DNA from: an uncultured Actinomycetes bacterium
Lineage (GTDB): Bacteria > Actinomycetota > UBA4738 > HRBIN12
Reading direction: 5' to 3'
Length of the DNA stretch: 64,000 nucleotides
NCBI GenBank assembly: GCA_963704885.1
Contig: CAVPIB010000004.1
Span: 960,001-1,024,000 of the forward strand
Positions within the stretch are counted from its first letter, which is position 1; every line of letters begins with the position of its first letter. Made by a program: the position numbers and the translations under genes. This document shows, in pieces, positions 8,897-18,043 of the stretch. The notes beneath the pieces are model-generated. The model was not told where the DNA came from and did not search any database. It was given only the letters and a program-made list of their open reading frames with translations.

Positions 8897-10341
8897 GCGC
8901 GACGGTCGACGACCGCCGAGCGCGCCTGCTCGAGCGCGCCGAAGCCCCGATCCGCCCGGGGGCTTGGGGCGTGCGAGGGCGACTCCTCGTGGTGGGGCTC
9001 GGCCTCGTGGTGGCGTGGGGCATCTTCGCGTGGATCTGGCAGGTCTCACACGGCCTGGCGGTCACCGGGCTGAACAACCACGTGAGCTGGGGTTTCTACC
9101 TCACCAACTTCGTGTTCTTCATCGGCATCAGCCACGCGGGGACGCTGATCTCCGCGATCCTCCGGCTGACCCACGCCGAGTGGCGCCGACCCATCACCCG
9201 GCTCGCGGAGATGATCACCGTCGTCGCGCTCGTGGTGGGCGCCACCATGGTCGTCGCCGACATGGGGCGCCCCGACCGTCTGCAGTTCGTTGTGACGCAC
9301 GCGCACCTACGGTCGCCGATCCTATGGGACGTCCTGTCGATCAGCACCTACATCGTCGGGAGCATCCTCTACCTGTACCTGCCGCTGGTACCCGACCTCG
9401 CGATCCTCCGCGACGGCGGCGTCGGCGGCAGGGTCCGTGGCTGGCTGTACTCGGGACTCGCGCTCCGCTGGCACGGCCTGTCCGAGCAGCGACGCCTGCT
9501 GCTCCGCGCGATCGCTGTCATGGCGGTCGTGATCGTGCCGGTCGCGGTCTCGGTCCACACGGTGGTCTCGTGGATCTTCGGGATGACGCTTCGTAACGGG
9601 TGGAACTCCACGATCTTCGGGCCCTACTTCGTGGTGGGCGCGATCTTCTCTGGGATCGCCGGGATCATCGTCGTGATGGCGATCTTCCGCCGGGCCTACC
9701 ACCTCGAGGAGTTCATCACCGAGATGCACTTCCGGTATCTCGGATCCCTCCTGTTGGTGCTGGGCATCCTGTACGCCTACTTCACGCTGTCGGAGTACGC
9801 GACCGTCGGGTTCAAGATGGAGGTCGGCGAGGCGACGCTCCTGTCGGCTTTGCTCGTCGGGCGGTTCGCCCCTTACTTCTGGTTCTTCGCGATCTTCGGC
9901 TTGATCGTGCCGATCGTCCTGCTCGCCCTGCCCCGCACACGCAAGGTCAAGTGGATAGTCACCGCCGCGGTGCTCGTGAACATGGGCATGTGGCTCAAGC
10001 GGTTCGTGATCGTGATCCCGTCGATGGCGCTCCCCTTGATGCCATACGAGTGGGGGACCTACCGCCCGACCTGGGTTGAGTGGTCGATCACGGTAGGCGC
10101 GTTCGCGGCCTTCGCCCTGGTGTTCGTCGATCTTCGCCCGGATCTTCCCGGTGATCTGGCGGCGTACGTGTACGACCCCACCCCCGTGGGCCTCCAGGCC
10201 TGGTGGGCGCGGAGCTACATGATCCTCGTCCCGTTCGTCGTGATCTGGACGATCTACCTGTTGCTCCTCTGGCTCGTGCTGCGGGTCAGGAGGGCGGGCG
10301 CAGCGGCGTCAGCGCCATCCGATATCGCCGCAACGAGTTGA
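8893..10341 (+). CDS. NrfD/PsrC/ActC-family quinol-interacting membrane subunit; 3' end anomalous
   Basis: WGFYLTNFVFFIGISHAGTLISA, RPITRLAE, DMGRPDR, SPILWD, VHTVVSWIF, GMWLKRF and PTWVE. ATG overlaps the upstream stop (ATGA). Confidence 0.9.
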   Translation: MSATVDDRRARLLERAEAPIRPGAWGVRGRLLVVGLGLVVAWGIFAWIWQVSHGLAVTGLNNHVSWGFYLTNFVFFIGISHAGTLISAILRLTHAEWRRPITRLAEMITVVALVVGATMVVADMGRPDRLQFVVTHAHLRSPILWDVLSISTYIVGSILYLYLPLVPDLAILRDGGVGGRVRGWLYSGLALRWHGLSEQRRLLLRAIAVMAVVIVPVAVSVHTVVSWIFGMTLRNGWNSTIFGPYFVVGAIFSGIAGIIVVMAIFRRAYHLEEFITEMHFRYLGSLLLVLGILYAYFTLSEYATVGFKMEVGEATLLSALLVGRFAPYFWFFAIFGLIVPIVLLALPRTRKVKWIVTAAVLVNMGMWLKRFVIVIPSMALPLMPYEWGTYRPTWVEWSITVGAFAAFALVFVDLRPDLPGDLAAYVYDPTPVGLQAWWARSYMILVPFVVIWTIYLLLLWLVLRVRRAGAAASAPSDIAATS

Positions 10342-10351
10342 AGGAGGAACG

Positions 10352-10861
10352 ATGAGGAAGACGCAGCTCCTGCTGAGGGTGATGGCGACGGTCGCCGCGC
10401 TGACGCTGGTCCTGGCCGCATGCAGCTCGTCCGATGACGGCTCGTCCGCCGGGGCGACAAGCGCGACCGAGGCGCCCAGCCCGACCGAGGCGTCGACCCC
10501 GACGGCAGCCGAGGGCGCGGCCGTCACGGTCACCGTCGGCGAGACCGACGTGCAACACATGTACATGAACCTCGATCCAGGGACGGTCGCCGCAGGCACG
10601 GTGACGTTCACGGTCGTGAACGAAGGGGTCAAGAAGCACGAGTTCGTGATCCTGTCGACCGACGTGATGGCCGCCGACCTGACGGTCGAGGGTGACGAGG
10701 TCGTCGAGGACGACTACAACGCCATCGACGAGATCGGGGACCTGCCGGCCGGCGAGACCCTGACCCTGACCGTCGAGCTGCCTGCCGGTCACTACGCCCT
10801 GATCTGCAACCTCAAGGGGCACTTCCGGATGGGGATGTACGCGGACTTCACGGTCGAGTAG
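10352..10861 (+). CDS. Lipoprotein cupredoxin (type-1 blue copper; sulfocyanin/auracyanin-like)
   Basis: Lipobox LAAC, Ser/Thr/Ala-rich linker, HEFVIL and C-x4-H-x4-M (CNLKGHFRMGM). SD AAGGAGG upstream. Confidence 0.88.
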   Translation: MRKTQLLLRVMATVAALTLVLAACSSSDDGSSAGATSATEAPSPTEASTPTAAEGAAVTVTVGETDVQHMYMNLDPGTVAAGTVTFTVVNEGVKKHEFVILSTDVMAADLTVEGDEVVEDDYNAIDEIGDLPAGETLTLTVELPAGHYALICNLKGHFRMGMYADFTVE

Positions 10862-10881
10862 TTCCCACGTTCCGGATGCGA

Positions 10882-10905
10882 GAGGGCGGCCCGTCGGCCG
10901 CCCTC
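10882..10905. terminator. GC-rich hairpin between convergent operons
   Basis: GAGGGCGGCC-cgtc-GGCCGCCCTC perfect 10-bp stem; no U-tract. Confidence 0.55.
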
Positions 10906-10930
10906 ATCGTTCCCGCCACAGGCGGGGCCG

Positions 10931-11757
10931 CTAGGCCAAGGTCTCCTCGAGCGCGCGACGTACGAGGACCTTCGCCAGCTCGCGGCGGTACTCGGCGCTG
11001 CCGAACGAGTCCGACGGCGGGCTGGTGCCCTTCGTCCGCCCGACCTGCCGCGGTAGCCGGGTCCGAGCCGCCACCGAGTGCCTCCTCGACCCCGGCCGCG
11101 CGCAGCGGCGTCTCGCCCATGTTGGTGAGCGCCACGTGCGCGGCCCCGTTGGACCGAACCGCCGCCACTCCGACGAGCGCCCAGTCCTGCGCGCGACGGT
11201 GGAACTTGATGTAGCTCCACCCGGCGTCGTTCGTCACCGGAACCCGTACCTCGGTCAGCACCTCGTTCGCCGCAAGGTCCGGCGTGAAGAGGCCTTTGAA
11301 GAAGTCGCCGGCCGCCACGGTGCGCGAGGCGCCGCCGGCACCACGCACCACGAACTCCGCGCCAAGCGCGACCATGACGGTCGGCAGGTCGGAGGCAGGG
11401 TCCGCGTGCGCGATCGAACCGCCGATCGTTCCCATGTGCCGGACCTGCGGGTCACCGATCTCACTGGCCGTGTGAGCCACGATCGGGACACAGCTCCTGA
11501 AGCGCCTCGCTGTTCGCGACGTCGTGGTGACGGGTGAGCGCGCCTATCGCCACCATGTCCCCGTCCTGCTTGACGTAGGAAAGGTCGCCGACGCGGCCGA
11601 TGTCCACCAGCAGCGATGGTCTCGCCAAGCGGAACCTCATCAGCGGCAGCAGGGAATGCCCGCCGGCCAGGATCTTGGCGTCTTCGTTCGTGGACAGGAG
11701 CTCGATCGTGTGGTCGATGCTCTCGGCCCGCGCGTACTCGAACGATGCCGGGATCAT
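10931..11757 (-). CDS. CoxM/CutM-like FAD-binding subunit of a Mo-hydroxylase, two frameshifts (about 11485 and 11025)
   Basis: [13 protein letters not shown]...[10 protein letters not shown] and [24 protein letters not shown]. The C-terminus [22 protein letters not shown] is in a third frame. Confidence 0.85.
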
Positions 11758-14116
11758 GCGCCACCTCCTTGCGCGTCCTTGATAGCTCGCCACACCCGCT
11801 CGGGCGAGGCGGGCTTGCCGATGTCCGTCACGCCCAGATGTGAGACGGCGTCGACCACGGCGTTGATCACGGCCGGGGGCGATGCGATCGTGCCGGCCTC
11901 ACCGATCTCCTTGACGCCCGAGAGGGTTGGTCGTGGACGGCGTGACAGTGCGGTCGAGCGTGAGGTCGGGCAGCTCGGTCGCACCCGGGACCAGGTATTG
12001 CGTCATGGAGCTGGTCGCCAGGTTGCCGCTCTCGTCGTAGATCGCCTCCTCGTAGAGAGCCTCGGCGATGCCCTGCGCCACGCCGCCGTGCACCTGCCCC
12101 TCCACGATCATCGGGTTGATCACGGTGCCGCAGTCGTCGACCGCCACGTAACGCAGGATGTCGGTCGCGCCGGTCTCGGTGTCGACCTCGACGACGCAGA
12201 CGTGCGCAGCCGGCGGGCCACGTGAAGTTCGGCGGATCGTAGACGGCCGTGGCCTCCAGGTTCGGCTCGTAGCCGGCCGGCAGGTTGTGCGCGTGCCATG
12301 ACGTGAGCGCCAGCTCGGGGATGGTCCTGGCCTTGTCCGGAGCGCCCTTCACGCGCCAGGCGTCGTCGGCGTACTCCAGGTCGTCCTCGGCCACCTCCAG
12401 CTCGTGCGCGGCCAGCACCCGCGCCTTCTCCTTGATCTTCTCTATGGCGAAGTGCAGCGCGACCCCGCCGACCGACAGCGAACGCGAACCGTACGTGTCC
12501 ATGCCGAGCGGGGTGAGCGCGGTGTCGCCGTGCATGACGTCGATGTCGTCGGGCGACACACCCAGCCCGTCGGCCACGATCTGCGACCAACTGGTCTCGT
12601 GACCCTGGCCGTGCGGCGACGTGCCCGTCGACACGACGATCTTGCCGGTCGGGCAGACAGCGGATGGTCGCCGCGTCCCAGCCACCGGCGGCGTATCGGA
12701 GCGCGCCCAGGATGTTCGAGGGCGCCAGGCCGCACATCTCGATGTAGGTCGAGAGCCCGATCCCGATCTGCATGGTGTCGCCGCTGTCTCGCCGGGCCTG
12801 CTGCTCCTTGCGGAACTGCTGGTAGTCGGCCAGCTCCAGCGCCCGGTCGAACGCCGGCTCGTAGTTGCCGGAGTCGACGCTCAGGCCGCAGATGGACGCG
12901 GTCGCCTCGTCGAACGGCGGGTGGAAGTTCATCCGGCGCACCTCGGCCGGGTCCTTGCCGATCCTCCGCGCGAACGCAGTCGACGAGCCGCTCGAGGACG
13001 TACGTGGCCTCCGGCCGACCGGCGCCGCGGTAGGCATCGGTCGGCGTGGCGTTCGTGAGCACGCCGCGGAACTCGAACCAGTACGCCTCGGGCTTGTAGG
13101 GACCCATGTAGACCCAGCCACCGAGCTCGGGGATGCCGGGCGTGAGCAGCTGGTAGTACGCGCCCATGTCCGCGATCTCCACGAACTTCAGTCCGAGGAT
13201 CTTGCCGTCGTCGGTGCCCGCGAGCGTGCAGTCGTGCGTCACGCCCTCGGCCGTGGATCGTGGCGACGTAGTTCTCGCTGCGTTCCTCGATCCACTTGAC
13301 CGGCCGGCCGGTGACCTTCGTGAGCACCAACGCCAGCGCTTCCTCCGCGTAGACGTTCAGCTTCGAGCCGAACCCGCCGCCCACGTCCGGCGCGATCACG
13401 CGGAGCTTCTCCTCGGGGATGCCGCACACGCCCGAGAGCGTGACCTTGGCGATGTGCGGGATCTGCGTGGCGGTCCAGAGCGTGAACTCGCCCATGGACG
13501 GTATGGAGGTGGCCAGGCAGCCGCGTGGCTCGATGGCGTTCGGGATCAGCCGTGGCTGGTGGTAGTGCTCCTGGACGATCACCGGCGCGGTCTCGAATAA
13601 CTCCTGGTCACCGGCCCCACCGTGGCTCCAGTGGACCGAGACGTTCGAGCCGAGCTCCTCGTGGATCAAAGGCGCGCCGTCGGCCATGGCGGCTTCGACG
13701 TCGATGACCGCCGGCAGCTCGGTGACGTCGACGTGACGGATCTCGGCCGCGTCCAGCGCCTGCTCGCGGGTCTCGGCCACCACGACCGCCACCGCGTCAC
13801 CGTGGAAGCGGATCTTGTCCTTGGTGAGGGGGTAGTGGTTCGGGATCTTGATGTCCTCGGTGATCGGCCAGACGAACGGCAGCCCTCCGACCTCCAGCTC
13901 GGCGGCCGTGTAGACACCGACCACGCCCGGCATCGTAGAAGCGGCGGAGGTGTCGATCGAGTTGATCGTGGCATGGACGTACGGCGGGCGAACCATGGCC
14001 ATCCACACCATCCCGGGGAGGGTGTGGTTGTCGATGTAGCTCGCCTGTCCGGTGAGGAGCTCGGGGTCCTCCTTGCGCAGGACCTCGCGCCCGATGTACT
14101 TCTCGGTGGTCGCCAT
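11754..14116 (-). pseudogene. Form II CoxL-like / xanthine dehydrogenase-family molybdopterin-binding subunit, five frameshifts (probably consensus errors)
   Basis: Six consecutive ORF-track fragments tile one protein: IGREVLRKEDPELLTG, DVGGGFGSK, AYRGAGRPEA, PHGQGHET, DDCGTVINPMIVEGQVHGG and GVKEIGEAG. Confidence 0.85.
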
Positions 14117-14127
14117 GGCGCGCCCCC

Positions 14128-14604
14128 TCAGGCCTTCGCGCCGCTCATGGAGCCGGCGGCATCCAGGATCGACTTGACGATGTTCTGGTAGCCGGTGCAG
14201 CGACAGAGGTTGCCCTCCAACGCCTCCCGGACGTCTTCTTCCGTGGGCGTCGGGTTCTCCTTCAGGAAGCTGGCCGCCGCCATGAGCATGCCTGGCGTGC
14301 AATAGCCGCACTGGAGGCCGTGGTTGCGATGGAACGCGTCCTGCAGCGGGTGCATCTCGCCGTCGGAGGCCATGCCCTCGATCGTGTCGACGGACCGGCC
14401 GTCGGCCTGCGCCGCAAGCAACGTGCAGGACTTGACCGACTCGCCGTCCAGCAGAACGGTGCAGCTGCCGCACGACGAGGTGTCGCAACCCACGTTCGTA
14501 CCGGTGAGCCCGAGGGTCTCTCTGATGAAGTACACGAGGAGCGTGCGCGGCTCGACGTCGGCCTCGCGCTGAATCCCGTTCACGGTGACGGAGACGTTGG
14601 TCAC
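14128..14604 (-). CDS. CoxS/CutS-like 2x[2Fe-2S] subunit
   Basis: [20 protein letters not shown] and GNLCRCTGY. Confidence 0.95.
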   Translation of the reverse strand: MTNVSVTVNGIQREADVEPRTLLVYFIRETLGLTGTNVGCDTSSCGSCTVLLDGESVKSCTLLAAQADGRSVDTIEGMASDGEMHPLQDAFHRNHGLQCGYCTPGMLMAAASFLKENPTPTEEDVREALEGNLCRCTGYQNIVKSILDAAGSMSGAKA

Positions 14605-14714
14605 TGGCGACTCCTTTCAGACCGGAGCTGTTGGGGCCGTTCGACAGTGCCGGAGTCTAGTCCTGTCCCTCACTCCGCGCGACCCGAGGAGTGCTCACGC
14701 CGTACCATCGGGGT

Positions 14715-15848
14715 ATGAGCGAGATCACCGACGTGCTCGAAGCCATCGAGTCGCTCTCGGCGAAGGGTGAACGGATGGCCCTGGCCACGATCGTGGCGGT
14801 CCGAGGCTCGACCTACCGGCGCCCCGGCGCCCGCCTGCTGGTCCCCGAGGACGGTGCCCCGATCGGCAACATCAGCGGCGGATGCCTGGAGGGCGACGTA
14901 GCGGACATGGCCAAGATAGTCATGGAGGAGGGCATCGCGCGACTGGCCGGCTGGGATCTCACGGCCGACGACGACGATGTCTGGGGCCTCGGTCTGGGGT
15001 GCAACGGGGCGATCGAGGTGTTCATCGAACCGGCCGACCGCGCCGCCGAGGTGGCCGGCGCGCTGCGGATGGCCCTGGAGGAGGAAAGGCCTATCAGTGT
15101 GGTGACCGTCCTCGAGTCCGCGATCGCAACCGTGGAGTCAGGTGCCCGGATCGTGGTCAAGCCCGATGGCACCGGCGAGGGAACGCTCGGCGACGATGCC
15201 GTGGACCAGGCGGCGACCGCGGCCGCGCTGGAGCAGCTCGCCGCCCAGAGCTCCGAGATCCGCACGATCCCCGGCGAGGTCCGCGCGTTCGTGGAGGTCC
15301 TGGAGCCGCCGCTCCGACTGCTGATATGCGGCGCGGGCCACGACGCGATCCCGCTGGTGAAGGCCGCCTCGATCCTGGGCTGGAACCCGATCGTGGTGGA
15401 CGACCGAGCCGGGTTCCTGACCCCCGAGCGATACCCCGAGGCCGCCGGGTTCGTCCACGTTGAGCAGCCGGACGAAGCAGCCAAGGCAGCGGCGGCCGAC
15501 GAGCGGACGTTCGTCACGGTGATGACGCACAACTTCCTGCGCGACAAGGAGTACCTCCGCTCGTTCCTGGGCTCCCCCGTCGCATACATCGGGATGCTGG
15601 GGCCGGCAGCGCGCACACAGCGGCTCTTCATGGAGCTAGCTGACGAGGGCGTGGTCATCACCGACGAGGACCGCGCACGTATCCATGGCCCAGCTGGGCT
15701 GGACCTGGGCAGTGAAGGACCGGAGGAGATCGCCGGCTCGATCGTGTCCGAGATCGTCGCGGTCCGACGCCGCCGGGCCGGTGGATTCCTGAAAGAAAGG
15801 CAGGGACCGATCCACGACCGCCCACGCCCAGGCGCCGAAGCGCGCTGA
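14715..15848 (+). CDS. XdhC/CoxI-family Moco-insertion accessory protein
   Basis: GSTYRRPGA, ISGGCLE, GLGCNG, MTHNF, YIGMLG and GPAGLDLGSEGPEEIA. TACCAT lies 6 nt upstream of the ATG. Confidence 0.92.
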   Translation: MSEITDVLEAIESLSAKGERMALATIVAVRGSTYRRPGARLLVPEDGAPIGNISGGCLEGDVADMAKIVMEEGIARLAGWDLTADDDDVWGLGLGCNGAIEVFIEPADRAAEVAGALRMALEEERPISVVTVLESAIATVESGARIVVKPDGTGEGTLGDDAVDQAATAAALEQLAAQSSEIRTIPGEVRAFVEVLEPPLRLLICGAGHDAIPLVKAASILGWNPIVVDDRAGFLTPERYPEAAGFVHVEQPDEAAKAAAADERTFVTVMTHNFLRDKEYLRSFLGSPVAYIGMLGPAARTQRLFMELADEGVVITDEDRARIHGPAGLDLGSEGPEEIAGSIVSEIVAVRRRRAGGFLKERQGPIHDRPRPGAEAR

Positions 15849-15869
15849 ACCTCGGTGGGCGACCGACGC

Positions 15870-16112
15870 TCACACGTCGTCGCGCACGATGCGCACCACC
15901 ACCTCCGCAGTGGGGTGCCCGTTCGAGCGCCTGGACCTGAAGCTTCGAACGAGGATCGCGGTGAGCGCCGTGCTTCCGAGGATGACGCCCGCCACAGCCT
16001 TCAGCGACCGGACCGGGGCCGGGACGCGAGCCTCCAGCTCCCGCAGGTCGGTCTCGAGCTGACGGCGTGTCTCCTCGATCTCCTTCACCTTGCCATCTGC
16101 TGCTTGGCCCAT
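15870..16112 (-). CDS. Small coiled-coil + TM protein (DUF3618-like)
   Basis: EIEETRRQLETDLREL followed by a hydrophobic segment. SD AAGGAGG 7 nt upstream; overlaps the holin-like gene. Confidence 0.65.
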   Translation of the reverse strand: MGQAADGKVKEIEETRRQLETDLRELEARVPAPVRSLKAVAGVILGSTALTAILVRSFRSRRSNGHPTAEVVVRIVRDDV

Positions 16113-16507
16113 CGAGCGTCCTCCTTCATGGTCTCCCTCGTCCGCTCCCCCGCCGAAGGAGCCGTTCGCAGGGTGCGGCGCCCGACGAGCACGAGCACCC
16201 CCGCAACCGCAACGAGCAGGGCGGCCACGATCAGGATCGCCGCCCAGGTGGGCATCACCAGGGCGAGCGCCGCCGCGACCGCAGCCGCCGCGAACCCCAG
16301 GGCGAACAGCGCCACCGCGCCAGCTGCGGCCATCATCCCCGCGCCCTGCGCGCGGATCGATGCGGCCTCAACCACCTCGATCTTGGCGAGCTCGACCTGC
16401 TTGCGGAAGAGCGTGCGGGATCCATCGACGACCGACGCCACGACCACGCCGAACGGCCGCTTCGCCCCGCCCTCCGGGCTCTCTTGATCACCGTTTCGAG
16501 CACTCAC
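16085..16507 (-). CDS. YqjE/phage-holin-family-like membrane protein
   Basis: LFRKQVELAKIE, two TM helices with WAAILIV, and RTRETMKEDARW. Confidence 0.8.
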   Translation of the reverse strand: MSARNGDQESPEGGAKRPFGVVVASVVDGSRTLFRKQVELAKIEVVEAASIRAQGAGMMAAAGAVALFALGFAAAAVAAALALVMPTWAAILIVAALLVAVAGVLVLVGRRTLRTAPSAGERTRETMKEDARWAKQQMAR

Positions 16508-16645
16508 GATCTGGCCTCCCTTCGTTGACTACCACTTCCTTACCCTACGCAGTCAGGTTGCCCGTTCCGGCCAGTCATGCGATAACGAACATCCGTCCGC
16601 ACGTCGGGCGGTCAGTCACGCGCCAGCGGAAGGAGATGTGCGCCC

Positions 16646-17515
16646 ATGTTGCCCTCTCGCTTCGAGTACCACCGACCGTCGACCCTGGATGAAGCCCTCG
16701 ATCTGCTCGCCACCTACGGCGAGGACGCCAAGGTGCTCGCCGGCGGTCAGAGCCTGATCCCCATGATGAAGCTGCGGTTCGCGTCTCCGGCTCACCTGAT
16801 CGATGTGAACAGGATCGCCGGCCTTGACGGCATCAGCGACGGCGACGGAGGCCTGAAGATCGGCGCCCTGGTCCGGCACAACCAGCTCGCGGCCTCAGAC
16901 GTGGTGAGCGCTCGCTATCCCACGATCGCCTCGGCGGCGCCGCAGATCGCCGACCCGTTGGTACGCAACCTGGGGACCATCGGCGGCTCGCTCGCCCACG
17001 CGGATCCCTCGGGCGACCTGGGCTCGGTGATGCTCGCGCTCGGTGCGAGCGTGGTGCTGAAGAGCGCGAACGGTGAGCGCGAGGTCCCCATCGGCGAGTT
17101 CTTGGTCGACACGTTCCAGACGTCGATCGCACCGGGTGAGATCCTCACCGAGATCCACGTGCCGGCGCCGGGTGCTCGTTCAGGCGGCACATACCTGAAG
17201 CTCGAGCGCAAGGTGGGCGACTACGCCACCGTGGCGGCCGCGGTCTTCCTGTCCATGAGCAACGGCACGATCGGCACCGCCGGCCTGGCACTCACGTCCG
17301 TTGGTCTGATGAACATCAAGGCCACCGCGGCCGAGGCCGCCTTGGTCGGCCAGGCGCCCGGCGTCGCCACTTTCGCGGAAGCGGGCCGGCTGGCAGCCGA
17401 GGCCTCGAGCCCCGTATCGGATGTTCGCGGCAGCGCCGACTACAAACGCCACATGGTCGACGTGTACGTCCGGCGCGGATTGGCGACCGCAGCCCAGATG
17501 GCCGGCGCGGCCTGA
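16646..17515 (+). CDS. coxM: Aerobic CO dehydrogenase medium (FAD) subunit
   Basis: FEYHRP, AGGQSLIPMMKLR and VRNLGTIGGSLAHADP. First gene of the M-S-L order. Confidence 0.9.
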   Translation: MLPSRFEYHRPSTLDEALDLLATYGEDAKVLAGGQSLIPMMKLRFASPAHLIDVNRIAGLDGISDGDGGLKIGALVRHNQLAASDVVSARYPTIASAAPQIADPLVRNLGTIGGSLAHADPSGDLGSVMLALGASVVLKSANGEREVPIGEFLVDTFQTSIAPGEILTEIHVPAPGARSGGTYLKLERKVGDYATVAAAVFLSMSNGTIGTAGLALTSVGLMNIKATAAEAALVGQAPGVATFAEAGRLAAEASSPVSDVRGSADYKRHMVDVYVRRGLATAAQMAGAA

Positions 17516-17537
17516 GCCCGAGGAGGAGACGCGAACC

Positions 17538-18023
17538 ATGGAAGTCACGATCAAGGTCAACGGAGCCGACAGGACGGCCGACGTCGAACCTCGACGTCTG
17601 CTGGTCCACGTGATCCGCGAGGACCTCGCCCTCACCGGCACCCACATCGGCTGCGACACGACGAGCTGTGGTGCGTGCACGGTCCTGCTGGACGGCGTCC
17701 CCGTGAAGTCCTGCACCGTGTTCGGGGTCCAGGCCGACGGCCGGGAGGTCACCACCGTCGAGGGACTGGCTACAGCGGCCGGTCTCGACCCTATCCAAGC
17801 CGCGTTCAAGGAAGAACATGGTTTGCAGTGCGGCTTCTGCACGCCGGGGATGATGCTCGTCGGTTCCGCGCTCATCGCGGAGAACCCGGACCCAACCGAC
17901 GACGACGTCCGGTGGGCGATCTCGGGGCAGATCTGCCGGTGCACCGGCTACATGAACATCGTGAAAGCGATCCAGGCCGCGGCGAAGGCGAAGGCTGAGG
18001 CCTCCGCACCCGCCAACGCCTGA
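17538..18023 (+). CDS. coxS: Aerobic CO dehydrogenase small (2Fe-2S) subunit
   Basis: GCDTTSCGACTV, QCGFCTPG and ICRCTGY. SD AGGAGG upstream. Confidence 0.92.
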   Translation: MEVTIKVNGADRTADVEPRRLLVHVIREDLALTGTHIGCDTTSCGACTVLLDGVPVKSCTVFGVQADGREVTTVEGLATAAGLDPIQAAFKEEHGLQCGFCTPGMMLVGSALIAENPDPTDDDVRWAISGQICRCTGYMNIVKAIQAAAKAKAEASAPANA

Positions 18024-18043
18024 GCGGAAGGAGCCAAACGAAG

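Noticed and set aside
11754-14116. Programmed frameshifting in the form II coxL-like gene
   Set aside because: Too many shifts, no shared slippery motif, and neighbouring genes are affected too; error or decay is simpler.
15870-16507. Holin-family gene as evidence of a prophage
   Set aside because: The YqjE/DUF3618-like pair is a common chromosomal module, and no endolysin, structural or integrase gene is present.
16530-16645. Moco riboswitch upstream of coxM
   Set aside because: Only a short imperfect hairpin is visible and I cannot match a riboswitch consensus by eye; an Rfam scan would decide.
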